A DNA stretch of 62,746 nt, counting the filler. It is 6 parts of 6 records of this genome, joined end to end, with 100 filler letters (N's around TTAATTAATTAA, not from the genome) between each part and the next. Parts side by side here need not be neighbours in the genome. Positions count along the whole stretch, not along the records: positions 1 to 18,917 come from SRR31147125_20751; 5 more parts are not named here. One strand, 5' to 3'. Position numbers and translations under genes: made by a program. Shown here piece by piece: positions 8,925-17,902 of this stretch (its first letter is position 1; each line of letters opens with the position of its first letter). Below the pieces are notes generated by a model. It was not told where the DNA came from. It worked only from the letters and a program-made list of their open reading frames with translations, and did not search any database.

Positions 8925-8955
8925 AGTAAGAGCGCCTTTCTAGGCGCTCTTACTC
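8925..8955. terminator. Bidirectional terminator hairpin
   Basis: AGTAAGAGCGCCT...AGGCGCTCTTACT between convergent genes. Confidence 0.75.
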
Positions 8956-8976
8956 TTATTATGTCATGTCCGGGTT

Positions 8977-9429
8977 TTATTCAGCGGCCGCTTCTGCCGG
9001 TTCTTCTTCCCCACAGCAGTGGGCGCAGTTCATGTCGCAGCCGATGATAGGTTCGGGATCTACCCCCTGCCGTTTGTAGTAATCGCCGATCGCCGCTTTG
9101 ATGCCCTCCTCGGCCAGTACCGAACAGTGCATCTTGACGGGCGGAAGTCCGTCAAGCGCCTCGGCAACGGCTTTATTGGTGATCTTGAGCGCATCCTCAA
9201 TCGTCTTCCCTTTTACAAGCTCCGTGGCCATGGAAGATGTGGCGACGGCCGCGCCGCAGCCAAACGTTTTAAATTTAATATCCGTAATAACGTCGTCTTC
9301 GATCTTCATGAATATCTTCATGATATCACCGCATTTCGGATTGCCGACCTGCCCGACGCCGTTGGCATCCGGAAGCTCGCCGACGTTTCGCGGATTATTG
9401 AAATGCTCCATTACTTTATCTGAATACAT
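8977..9429 (-). CDS. iscU: Fe-S cluster scaffold protein IscU/NifU
   Basis: MYSDKVMEHFNNPRNVG, GNPKCGD, FKTFGCGAA, LPPVKMHCS. Start at 9429. Confidence 0.96.
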   Translation of the reverse strand: MYSDKVMEHFNNPRNVGELPDANGVGQVGNPKCGDIMKIFMKIEDDVITDIKFKTFGCGAAVATSSMATELVKGKTIEDALKITNKAVAEALDGLPPVKMHCSVLAEEGIKAAIGDYYKRQGVDPEPIIGCDMNCAHCCGEEEPAEAAAE

Positions 9430-9495
9430 TGGATTGTCCTTTCTGTCTAATCGTATAGTATCGACAGTCGTTAACACAGTGTTAAGCTGCCTTGT

Positions 9496-10665
9496 TTAAA
9501 CCGTTTGCGCCTTTTCCTCCCACAGCGGAGACATATCCCGCAGACGCGATACCACGGCCGGAATCTTTTCGAGCATATAATCAATATCTTCGTCCGTATT
9601 GAGTTCGTTAATGGACAGCCTGAGGGAGCCGTGGGCAATCTCATGCGGCAGGCCAATACTCATCAGCACGTGAGACGGGTCCAGCGAGCCGGTGGAGCAC
9701 GCTGAGCCGGACGACGCGCAGATGCCGTTTTGGTCCAGAAGCAGTACCATCGCCTCACCCTCGATGCACTCAAACACGAAAGATGCCGTGCCGGGCAGCC
9801 TGTTTACCGGGTCGCCCGTCAGCCGTGAACGCGGGAGCTTTAACAGTCCTTCTATCAAGCGGTCACGCATGGCGGTGATTTTTTGCGTATTTTCGGCCAC
9901 ATGGGAAACGGCATCCTCCAGCGCACGTGCCAGGCCCACAATCCCGGCGACGTTTTCCGTCCCGGAGCGTTTACCGCGCTCCTGTCCACCGCCATGAAGA
10001 AGCGCCGGCAACCGAAGGCCTTTTTTAATATACAGCGCGCCGACACCCTTGGGTCCGCCGAATTTATGGCCGGCCAGCGACAGCATATCCACGTTCATCT
10101 CCGCGACATCGATGGGGATGTGGCCAACGGCCTGCACCGCATCCGTGTGAAACAGAACGCCCGCTTCCCTGGCAATAGCGCCAATCTCGGCAATGGGCAT
10201 AATCGTCCCGATCTCATTGTTGGCGGCCATAATCGTGATGAGCACCGTATCGTCGCGGAGGGCCGTGCGCAGCTCGTCCAGCGAGATCCGTCCATATTCA
10301 TTAACCGGGAGGTATGTGACCTCATACCCCTTCTTTTCAAGATGCTCAAGCGTATCAATAACCGCATGATGCTCTATAGCCGAGGTAATGATATGTTTGC
10401 CCTTTTTGCTGCCGATTGTCGCCTGGATCGCCCAGTTGTCGGCTTCCGTGCCGCCGCCGGTAAAAAAGATTTCCTCAAACGCGGCCCCGATGGCCCGAGC
10501 CACCCCGGCGCGGGCAGTTTCAACGGCGCGCTTGGCACTGCGTCCGTACGAATAGATGGACGACGGATTGCCGTACTGCTCCGTCAGATACGGCATCATA
10601 TCTTCCAGCGCGGCTTTCGAAAGCGCCGTTGTCGCGGCGTTATCTGCATAAACAGTTCGTTTCAT
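9496..10665 (-). CDS. iscS: Cysteine desulfurase IscS/NifS
   Basis: [24 protein letters not shown] (PLP Lys), SSGSAC catalytic loop. Confidence 0.96.
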   Translation of the reverse strand: MKRTVYADNAATTALSKAALEDMMPYLTEQYGNPSSIYSYGRSAKRAVETARAGVARAIGAAFEEIFFTGGGTEADNWAIQATIGSKKGKHIITSAIEHHAVIDTLEHLEKKGYEVTYLPVNEYGRISLDELRTALRDDTVLITIMAANNEIGTIMPIAEIGAIAREAGVLFHTDAVQAVGHIPIDVAEMNVDMLSLAGHKFGGPKGVGALYIKKGLRLPALLHGGGQERGKRSGTENVAGIVGLARALEDAVSHVAENTQKITAMRDRLIEGLLKLPRSRLTGDPVNRLPGTASFVFECIEGEAMVLLLDQNGICASSGSACSTGSLDPSHVLMSIGLPHEIAHGSLRLSINELNTDEDIDYMLEKIPAVVSRLRDMSPLWEEKAQTV

Positions 10666-10710
10666 AAGCTTACTCCTTTATATATTGAACGCGTGATTGC
10701 GAAAGTTTTT

Positions 10711-10735
10711 ATTACATAGCTTTTCTCTAGGTTAT
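10711..10735 (-). promoter_or_regulatory. Putative Rrf2 (IscR/CymR-type) operator upstream of iscS
   Basis: Minus strand ATAACCTAGAGAAAAGCTATGTAAT shares AT-N2-CCTAG-N8-TATGT with the site at 13724-13748. Confidence 0.5.
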
Positions 10736-10777
10736 GAGTGTATAATGACCCTTATAGCATTACCCGATAACACTCCA

Positions 10778-11215
10778 TTAAATGCTGTAGTTTAACGCGC
10801 CTTTTTCATAATAGCGCTCCGTCAGGTTGAGCAGCGTAATGTTATCGACAATGCTATTAACAGCCTCGTCTATTTTTTTCCATATCTCAACTGTCACGCA
10901 TTGATCGGCGCGTTCGCACTTGTTTTCCTCGTCCTCAATACAACGGACGGGGGCAAGGTCGCCCTCCATCAGGCGCAGGATCATACCCACCGTAAATTCA
11001 GACGGTTCCTTTGACAGCATATATCCGCCCTGCGCGCCCCGGATGCTTTTGACAAAACCGGCGCGGTTTAAAACCGTTATGATTTGCTCGAGATACTTTG
11101 TGGAAATTTCCTGACGCTCGGCGATCTCCTTGAGCGGAATAAATTCGCCGTTATAATGGAGCGCCAGATCAAGCATCAGCCTGAGCGCATAACGTCCCTT
11201 TGTCGATATTTTCAT
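10778..11215 (-). CDS. Rrf2-family regulator (IscR/CymR-like, three Cys ligands)
   Basis: MKISTKGRYALR, YLEQI, SIRGAQGGY, C..C..C motif; lies in the sulfur/Fe-S cluster. Confidence 0.93.
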   Translation of the reverse strand: MKISTKGRYALRLMLDLALHYNGEFIPLKEIAERQEISTKYLEQIITVLNRAGFVKSIRGAQGGYMLSKEPSEFTVGMILRLMEGDLAPVRCIEDEENKCERADQCVTVEIWKKIDEAVNSIVDNITLLNLTERYYEKGALNYSI

Positions 11216-11348
11216 ACCCTCACCCCAAAAGCTTCATTCATCGCAACCATCATAGCATAGCAATCCGAGCGGTACAATATATTTTCAATCTCTTGACGAT
11301 TAATCAGATGAATGCTACAGTATGCCCGTATTTATATTGATGAGCGCT

Positions 11349-12287
11349 CTATGCCTCATCCTTGTACAGTCCTGTTGACAAATACCGTTCGCCCGTATCG
11401 GGAAGCAGTACAACGATCATTTTTCCGGCGTTTTCCGGGCGGCCCGCCAGCTGCATCGCTGCATGAAGCGCCGCGCCCGAGGAAATCCCAACAAGCAGTC
11501 CTTCCGTTTTTGCAGCCGAGCGCGCGGCCTCAAACGCCTCGTCATTCGCGACCGTGATGATCTCATCGTATACAGATGTGTTCAGTGTTTTCGGAACAAA
11601 TCCAGCGCCGATCCCCTGTATTTTGTGCGGCCCCGGCTTCCCGCCGGACAGGACCGGCGAATCAGCCGGCTCTACAGCAACAATCCGAACATTCGGGTTT
11701 TTCTGCCGGAGCACCTCACCGACGCCGGTGATCGTCCCACCCGTCCCGACACCGGCCACAAAGATATCAACCTTACCGTCCGTATCGTTCCAGATCTCAA
11801 GCGCTGTCGTCTTCCGGTGAATATCGGGATTGGCCGGGTTCTCAAATTGCTGCGGCATATAGGCGTTCGGAATGGTCTCGGCCAGCTCGCGCGCTTTTTT
11901 GATGGCGCCGTTCATGCCTTCCGCGCCGGGCGTGAGTACCAGCTCCGCGCCAAGCGCCGATAGTAAATTCCGGCGCTCAATGCTAAAGGTCTCGGGCAGC
12001 GTGATAATAAGCCTGTAGCCTCTAGCCGCCGCAACATACGCCAAGGCAATTCCTGTATTGCCGCTCGTCGGCTCTATGAGGACGGTATCCTTATTAATAA
12101 GTCCTTTTTCCTCGCCGTCCTGTATCATTGCCAAACCGATCCGGTCCTTCACGGACGACAGGGGGTTAAAGCACTCCAGCTTAGCGATAATCCGTGCGCC
12201 GGCATCATTCGCCTGCGCATAACCCGAAAGCTCCATAAGCGGCGTATCGCCGATCAAATCAGTGAGTTTTTCAGCTATATTTGCCAT
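11349..12287 (-). CDS. cysK: Cysteine synthase A
   Basis: [10 protein letters not shown] (PLP Lys), [32 protein letters not shown]. Confidence 0.96.
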   Translation of the reverse strand: MANIAEKLTDLIGDTPLMELSGYAQANDAGARIIAKLECFNPLSSVKDRIGLAMIQDGEEKGLINKDTVLIEPTSGNTGIALAYVAAARGYRLIITLPETFSIERRNLLSALGAELVLTPGAEGMNGAIKKARELAETIPNAYMPQQFENPANPDIHRKTTALEIWNDTDGKVDIFVAGVGTGGTITGVGEVLRQKNPNVRIVAVEPADSPVLSGGKPGPHKIQGIGAGFVPKTLNTSVYDEIITVANDEAFEAARSAAKTEGLLVGISSGAALHAAMQLAGRPENAGKMIVVLLPDTGERYLSTGLYKDEA

Positions 12288-12303
12288 GTGTATCGTCTCC
12301 TTT

Positions 12304-13596
12304 TCAGTCATCAAACGCCTGGTCCAGGTCTCTTATCAAATCGTCAATATGCTCCGTTCCGATAGACAATCGGATCATGCCGGGTGTAATCCCCGATTCA
12401 AGCAGCTCCGTCTCGTTCAGCTGCGCGTGTGTCGTGCTGGCCGGATGGATGACAAGCGATTTCTGATCGGCCACATTCGCCAGCAGCGAAAACAGCTTGA
12501 GACGGTCAATAAAGGCTTTGGCTCCCTGTGCGCCGCCCTGTATCTCAAACGTAAATATGATACCCGCGCCATGAGGAAAGTATTTTTCGTATAATTTGTG
12601 ATAGGGGCTGTTCTTAAGGGCTGGATGATTGACCTTTTTAACCTTCGGATGCCGGCTTAAATAATCGGCAACCTTTAATGCGTTTTCAACGTGACGCTCC
12701 ACCCTGAGCGACAGCGTTTCTAATCCCTGCAGAAATAAAAACGCGTTAAACGGGCTGAGCGCCGCGCCCGTATCACGCAGGAGCGATACGCGCATTTTTA
12801 CGATGTATGCCGCCGCGCCGCCTGCTTGCGTGTAACTAATGCCGTGATAGCCCGGGGCCGGCTCCGTCATGCACGGGAATTTTCCCGACAGCGCCCAGTC
12901 GAACGTTCCCGCATCGATTACAACGCCGCCGATCGACGTCCCGTGCCCGCCGATGAATTTCGTGGCCGAATGGATCACGATATCCGCGCCGTGTTCAATC
13001 GGCCGCAGCAGGTAGGGCGTTGCAAACGTATTGTCCACGATCAGCGGTATACGCTGGGCATGCGCAGCGCGGGCTGCCGCTTCAATATCGATAATGCTGG
13101 AATTTGGATTGCCGAGGCTCTCAATGAATACGGCCTTCGTGTTAGGCAGGATCGCCCGTTCAAAGCTGTCCGGCTCGTCCGGGTCGACAAAGGTTGTCTC
13201 AATCCCGAAGTCCGGCAGCGTATGCGCAAACAGATTATACGTACCGCCGTAAATGGTCTTTGCCGACACAATGTGATCGCCGGCGTGCACGATATTCTGG
13301 ATCGCATACGCCGCAGCCGCCGCGCCCGACGCAAGCGCCAGTGCTCCTACCCCGCCCTCCAGCGCCGCAATACGTTTTTCGAAGACGTCGGTTGTGGGAT
13401 TCATGATGCGTGTATATATGTTGCCGCCTTCAGACAAGGCAAAGCGCGCTTCTGCCTGGGCACTGTTTTCAAATACGTAAGATGCCGTCTGATAAATTGG
13501 GACGGCCCGCGCACCGGTTGCCGGGTCGGCGTTTTCCTGACCGGCGTGAAGCTGCAGCGTTTCAAAACGATAGATCTGTTCGTTTAAGTCTTTCAT
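12304..13596 (-). CDS. metY: O-acetylhomoserine aminocarboxypropyltransferase (sulfhydrylase)
   Basis: [48 protein letters not shown]. Confidence 0.94.
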   Translation of the reverse strand: MKDLNEQIYRFETLQLHAGQENADPATGARAVPIYQTASYVFENSAQAEARFALSEGGNIYTRIMNPTTDVFEKRIAALEGGVGALALASGAAAAAYAIQNIVHAGDHIVSAKTIYGGTYNLFAHTLPDFGIETTFVDPDEPDSFERAILPNTKAVFIESLGNPNSSIIDIEAAARAAHAQRIPLIVDNTFATPYLLRPIEHGADIVIHSATKFIGGHGTSIGGVVIDAGTFDWALSGKFPCMTEPAPGYHGISYTQAGGAAAYIVKMRVSLLRDTGAALSPFNAFLFLQGLETLSLRVERHVENALKVADYLSRHPKVKKVNHPALKNSPYHKLYEKYFPHGAGIIFTFEIQGGAQGAKAFIDRLKLFSLLANVADQKSLVIHPASTTHAQLNETELLESGITPGMIRLSIGTEHIDDLIRDLDQAFDD

Positions 13597-13643
13597 TGTT
13601 TTTTATCCTTTCAAATGTGATTTTTTGTGCTATATATTTTTTA

Positions 13644-13703
13644 TCACATTCGACAGGATAAAACGTTATATGTATGCGCTGCTTTTCTACTGCAATTTTT
13701 CAT
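13644..13703 (-). CDS. Candidate 19-aa leader ORF (MKNCSRKAAHTYNVLSCRM)
   Basis: GGAGGT RBS 6 nt upstream of the ATG at 13703; lies between the promoter and metY. Confidence 0.35.
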   Translation of the reverse strand: MKNCSRKAAHTYNVLSCRM

Positions 13704-13723
13704 GCCGGCACCTCCGGATTTTT

Positions 13724-13748
13724 ATTTCCTAGTTATTTAGTATGTTTA
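13724..13748. promoter_or_regulatory. Putative Rrf2 operator just downstream of the metY promoter
   Basis: ATTTCCTAGTTATTTAGTATGTTTA, similar to the iscS-upstream site. Confidence 0.5.
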
Positions 13749-13758
13749 CTATGCGTTT

Positions 13759-13787
13759 AGTTTACCGGATGTAACCACATCTGTCAA
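13759..13787 (-). promoter_or_regulatory. Sigma70/A promoter for metY-cysK
   Basis: Minus strand TTGACA, 17 bp, TAAACT. Confidence 0.65.
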
Positions 13788-13874
13788 GATAATTTTTTAT
13801 TCGCTTAATTTACGAATAACAATTCCCTGCCGCAATCTTTGAACGAAGGCCAATTCAAGCTGCTTTTTCCATGC

Positions 13875-13897
13875 AAAAAGGCGGCTATTGCCGCCTC
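13875..13897 (-). terminator. Intrinsic terminator ending the riboswitch operon
   Basis: Minus strand AGGCGGC-AATA-GCCGCCT followed by a T-tract, about 40 bp after the LOG stop. Confidence 0.7.
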
Positions 13898-13933
13898 AAT
13901 TACCGCTATGTTGTTTAAAACTCTCTGATGTTT

Positions 13934-14887
13934 TTATAAACCTGTTTTACAGACCGGTATAACGTAAATGACGGGTACCTCGTAGGGATGGACCTCCTTA
14001 ACGGCCCGGATTGTTTCGTCGATTTTGTCTGTTCGGCAGAGAACCTCCACCTTAAGCTCATCCGCCGTAGACATGACATTTTCCTTACCGTTATACGGGA
14101 CGCTGCCGGGCAAGGGCCGCCAGCACCCTGTTATTTCCGTGTACGACAGGACTCGGTCATAATTGCCGATATGTCCGGCATCTACATGCCGGAGCGCCTC
14201 CTGCAGAAGCGATAAATGCGTTTTAGGAATGTGGATCTCCATTTTGCAGTATGTCGGCTCGTCCGTACAATCTCCGCCGCTATCACCTTTGTCGGGGATG
14301 TCCCGGTCCACATCGGTCAGCCAGCGCTCGCCGCTCTCCTCGGGGACGTACGCATCAATATGGTCGAGTGCAGCCGATACATCCTCCGTCACAAAAAAAA
14401 GCTCCAGGCAAGCTTCCCGGGCGAAATTTTTACGAACAGTCATTTCAAGCTGTGACAGGAGCGGATTAAAATAACCGTCAACGTTTAATATGACAATCGG
14501 CTTGGCGTGGTAACGCAGCTGTTTAAGCGTGATGATTTCCATAACCTCTTCAATCGTGCCGAAGCCGCCGGGCAGTGCGATAAACGCATCGGAACGATCA
14601 TCCATCACCGCTTTACGCGTGCGCATATCCTCCGTCACAACCAGCTCGTCGCACGATTCGTAGACGATGCCCGTCTCGTTTAAAGCCTCCGGGATAACGC
14701 CTATCACTTTGCCCCCATGCTGATGGACCGAGCGCGCGCATTCGCCCATGAGGCCGGTCAGGCCGCCGCCGTATAGAAACTTGTCGCCCCGACGGGCGAT
14801 TTCGCGTCCAAGCCGCGCCGCCGCATCAAAATAGACACGGTCAATCGTATTGCTGGACGAGCTGAAAACGCAGATAACCTTGTTCAT
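13934..14887 (-). CDS. LOG-family (TIGR00730-like) nucleotide phosphoribohydrolase fused to a C-terminal YqfO/NIF3 PII/CutA-like domain
   Basis: ICVFSSS, YGGGLTGLMG, MRTRK, LPGGFGTIEE; C-terminal AGHIGNYD...WRPLPGSVPYNG...VHPYEVP. Confidence 0.88.
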   Translation of the reverse strand: MNKVICVFSSSSNTIDRVYFDAAARLGREIARRGDKFLYGGGLTGLMGECARSVHQHGGKVIGVIPEALNETGIVYESCDELVVTEDMRTRKAVMDDRSDAFIALPGGFGTIEEVMEIITLKQLRYHAKPIVILNVDGYFNPLLSQLEMTVRKNFAREACLELFFVTEDVSAALDHIDAYVPEESGERWLTDVDRDIPDKGDSGGDCTDEPTYCKMEIHIPKTHLSLLQEALRHVDAGHIGNYDRVLSYTEITGCWRPLPGSVPYNGKENVMSTADELKVEVLCRTDKIDETIRAVKEVHPYEVPVIYVIPVCKTGL

Positions 14888-14911
14888 ATTTGCAAACTCC
14901 CGAAAAGGATT

Positions 14912-15769
14912 TTAAGAGATTTTTTCATTCCGCCGGAGCTGGCCGCAGCCGCCCTGGATTTCACCGCCGAAATTGCGGAAAATGTCGCACTCGGCCTTAT
15001 CTTTTATTTTATTACAAAAATCCAAAACTTCAAGCCGGTCCGGCGCCTTAAGTCCGTTAATATGGTTATCGTTATAGCCGGATAAAACAAGCTTCATGTT
15101 GTTGCCATCCATAAGCCGCAGCAGCTGCTCACGATCCTCCGGCGTGTCGTTATAGCCTTTTATAAGCATATATCGCAGCCGGACCCGGGACCCCGTAATA
15201 TCGGCATAGTATTTCCCGGCGTCCAAAATTTCATTAACACCGTACGTTGTCGTCATCGGGATCAAATGGGACCTTTTCTCATCATTTGGCGCGTGGAGCG
15301 ATAAATTCAGCCGTACATTGACGCCGATTTTCGCGGCGTCTTCAGCCAGCTTGCGAATGGCCGGCGCGATGCCGACGGTGGCCAGCTCAAATTGCCGAAG
15401 ACCCAGGCGGCTTTTAACCAGTCCCATCGCTGTGATAACATTGTCGTAATTTAAGAGCGGCTCGCCCATACCGGCAAAAACCACGGCGTCAAGGGGTAAG
15501 TATCCGCCCTGCCGGCTGTTGCGGTCGCAGATACGGATCTGTTCAAAAATCTCTTCCGCGCTGAGATTGCGGATAAAGCCCCCCTCGCCGGTAGCGCAAA
15601 AGCGGCATTTCATGGCGCAGCCGGCCTGCGACGATACGCACACGGTGCTGTGATACGTCAGCTGCCGTTCCCGGTCACACATATAGAGCGTTTCAATCGT
15701 GTTGCCGTCATTGAGACCGAAGAGGTATTTAACGGCATCCTCGGTTTTAAGCTGTTTTAAAACGATCAT
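14912..15769 (-). CDS. RlmN/Cfr-like (class A) radical SAM methyltransferase lacking the N-terminal domain
   Basis: CVSSQAGCAMKCRFCATG, RNLSAEEI, AGMGEPLLNYDNV, SLHA, GGCGQL; only 285 aa; GGAGGG RBS. Confidence 0.88.
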   Translation of the reverse strand: MIVLKQLKTEDAVKYLFGLNDGNTIETLYMCDRERQLTYHSTVCVSSQAGCAMKCRFCATGEGGFIRNLSAEEIFEQIRICDRNSRQGGYLPLDAVVFAGMGEPLLNYDNVITAMGLVKSRLGLRQFELATVGIAPAIRKLAEDAAKIGVNVRLNLSLHAPNDEKRSHLIPMTTTYGVNEILDAGKYYADITGSRVRLRYMLIKGYNDTPEDREQLLRLMDGNNMKLVLSGYNDNHINGLKAPDRLEVLDFCNKIKDKAECDIFRNFGGEIQGGCGQLRRNEKIS

Positions 15770-15798
15770 ATTACCCTCCGCGTTCGGTATGGGCTCAG

Positions 15799-15838
15799 AA
15801 AAAACAAAAAACCCTCAAAGCGCACTGCGCTTTGAGGA
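15799..15838 (-). terminator. Riboswitch expression-platform terminator
   Basis: Minus strand CCTCAAAGCGCA-G-TGCGCTTTGAGG followed by a long T-rich tract, 30 nt before the start codon. Confidence 0.85.
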
Positions 15839-15890
15839 TTTTACCATTGTCCTCTTAACCTTATCCTCATACCGGAATAAGAATTTAAAC

Positions 15891-16043
15891 AAATCAGGCA
15901 GGTCTCCTGGCTAACGGATCACAGCGCGTCCCCGCCTTCCCGGCTTAACCAGTGGCGTGTGGGAACGGCTCCCCGGATACAGTGGCGGGACCGCTCGGTT
16001 ATTTATCCGATTCCCTATTCTCCCCTTGCGGGGCACCTGACTT
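15891..16043 (-). ncRNA. Cobalamin (B12) riboswitch
   Basis: Minus strand reads AGGTGCC...AATAGGGAATCGG...CCGAGCGGTCCCGCCACTGT...GCCACTGG...CCGGGAAGGC...AGCCAGGAGACCTGCC (B12 box); P1 is AAGTCAGG/CCTGATTT. Confidence 0.95.
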
Positions 16044-16062
16044 GCAGTATTAAGCTAAAAAA

Positions 16063-16091
16063 AATGTACCACATCGGTCGCCAATTTGCAA
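16063..16091 (-). promoter_or_regulatory. Promoter of the riboswitch transcript
   Basis: Minus strand TTGCAA, 17 bp, TG-extended TACATT, about 20 nt upstream of the aptamer. Confidence 0.6.
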
Positions 16092-16126
16092 GACCTAAAT
16101 CGTCACATCTTTTCGCTTAATCATAC

Positions 16127-16996
16127 CTAAAACAGGCTCAGCTGCTCGCCGGTCCGCTTGTCCTCAAATTGCCGGATATAACGAAACACCTCATCCGTGT
16201 TATAAAGGCTGCCGTTTGCACGGCACGCGTCTCGGAAAATGGTCATCAGCCGCTCGTTTTCGGGGCTCAGGCACGAATAGCTGTTGCCGAAGGTTTCAAT
16301 ATACCGGTCCTTCAGGCCGGGAAAGAGCGCGTCCAGCTTGTTATAAAAATACTCACGGTCCCCCTCGCGCAGTGTTACACCCATATTAAAGCATATAATG
16401 CCCCGGACCTCCGCTTCAAAGCAGTAATCTAGAATACCGAGAAGGTTCTCCTTTGTATCGTTTATAAACGGTAGGATCGGGCACAGCCACACTACCGTTG
16501 GGATGCCCGCGTCACGAAGCGCTAAAAGGGTTTCAAAGCGTTGGCGCGTCGTGCTGACATTCGGCTCCAACACGCGGCATAAGTCTTCGTCGTAGGTCGT
16601 CAGCGTCATTTGCACAACACATTTTGTATGATCGTTGATGCTTTTAAGCAAATCAAGATCCCGCAGAACGCGCGCTGATTTCGTGATGAGCGAAAACCCG
16701 AAGCCATACCGGTCGGCAAGCTCCAGGCACCGGCGCGTCAGGCACTCTGTTTCCTCAAGCGGTAAATACGGGTCACACATGGAACCGGTCATAATCATGC
16801 AGCGCTGCCGCTTGCGCCGCAGCGCGTCCTCTAAAAGCGCCGGCGCGTTAACCTTGACCTCTACGTCCTCAAAGTCATGCGTCATATTGTAACAGATGCT
16901 GCGGGAATCGCAGTAAATGCAGCCGTGGGTACAGCCGCGGTACAGGTTCATGCCGTTATTCGGTGAGAGGATGCTTTTAGCGTTCTTATAATGCAT
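16127..16996 (-). CDS. Radical SAM protein, SPL/Rv2578c-like (putative DNA repair)
   Basis: MNLYRGCTHGCIYCDSRS, GSMCDPY, ITKS, PILPFIND. Start at 16996. Confidence 0.88.
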   Translation of the reverse strand: MHYKNAKSILSPNNGMNLYRGCTHGCIYCDSRSICYNMTHDFEDVEVKVNAPALLEDALRRKRQRCMIMTGSMCDPYLPLEETECLTRRCLELADRYGFGFSLITKSARVLRDLDLLKSINDHTKCVVQMTLTTYDEDLCRVLEPNVSTTRQRFETLLALRDAGIPTVVWLCPILPFINDTKENLLGILDYCFEAEVRGIICFNMGVTLREGDREYFYNKLDALFPGLKDRYIETFGNSYSCLSPENERLMTIFRDACRANGSLYNTDEVFRYIRQFEDKRTGEQLSLF

Positions 16997-17065
16997 AGAT
17001 GCGCTCCTTCCCACCGTCGGCGTAATCTGAAACAACGAGAACACTTCCGGTACGTACCAAAGGTC

Positions 17066-17647
17066 TTATGTATCCTTTTTGGCCTTTTTATTTTTATGGC
17101 TTTGCATTATCTCATCTAAATGGTCAACCACGAAGCGCTTAGCCTCTGAGTTATAAAAAACAGCCTTATACGCGCCGCGCTGGCCCGTTCTCATCTCATC
17201 GGACAGCCCGATTTTATGGCCCAGCGGCGTCGGCTGTCTGTTTTTCCGCCCGTCCTCAAACTCAGCCTGTTCCAGAAAGCCTTTTTCGAGAAGCCAGTCC
17301 GTTACAACCGTCGCCGTCAGCTTTTTCATCTGACTGACATCGATACAGCTGTTGAGCTGCTCGACGAAATGGCTAATCTGCAGGGGTTCATCTGAGAATT
17401 TCAAACTGCTGCGACAGTCCGGAGATAGCTCAAAATCCGCTTTGGCCGATGGCCTCAGCGGCTTGACGGAACCGCCGTTGTCAATCACCTGCCTCAATAT
17501 GTCGGAGACATAGAAAAAACACCGGGACAAACGCACATTGTTGAGCGCACTGTCCTCAGGAATTTCCGTATCGGCCAAGGGGTCAACGCCGGCAGCCAGC
17601 TTATCCATATACATTTTAGCGCGCTGAAGCTTTTCCAGCTCTGTCAT
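17066..17647 (-). CDS. Conserved hypothetical protein
   Basis: 193-aa ORF with GGAGG RBS; no recognisable catalytic motif. Confidence 0.75.
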   Translation of the reverse strand: MTELEKLQRAKMYMDKLAAGVDPLADTEIPEDSALNNVRLSRCFFYVSDILRQVIDNGGSVKPLRPSAKADFELSPDCRSSLKFSDEPLQISHFVEQLNSCIDVSQMKKLTATVVTDWLLEKGFLEQAEFEDGRKNRQPTPLGHKIGLSDEMRTGQRGAYKAVFYNSEAKRFVVDHLDEIMQSHKNKKAKKDT

Positions 17648-17902
17648 GGTTATCCCTCCAAATTAGTGATTGTATATCTTAACACCGCACCTGTTGTTCT
17701 AAGTAAAATACTACCGCTAACAGCTATAAAAGGCAAGGAATAACTCAAAAGATATGTGCAATGCTCTTGTCTGTACCGCCGTTTAATCCGTCGCAAATAA
17801 GACTGTTGTTTTTATCGGTTTTTGCTTATATACTAGGCTGCATAATAACATTTAATTCCTTACCCGTCCGCATGTAAATATTTTTATTAAGAAGCCAGTT
17901 TT

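Noticed and set aside
13597-13800. SAM (S-box) or T-box riboswitch upstream of metY
   Set aside because: No recognisable S-box core, T-box sequence or terminator hairpin in the leader.
14912-15769. Cfr antibiotic-resistance methyltransferase or housekeeping rlmN
   Set aside because: It lacks the N-terminal domain, is under a B12 riboswitch and has no mobile or resistance context, so no symbol was assigned.
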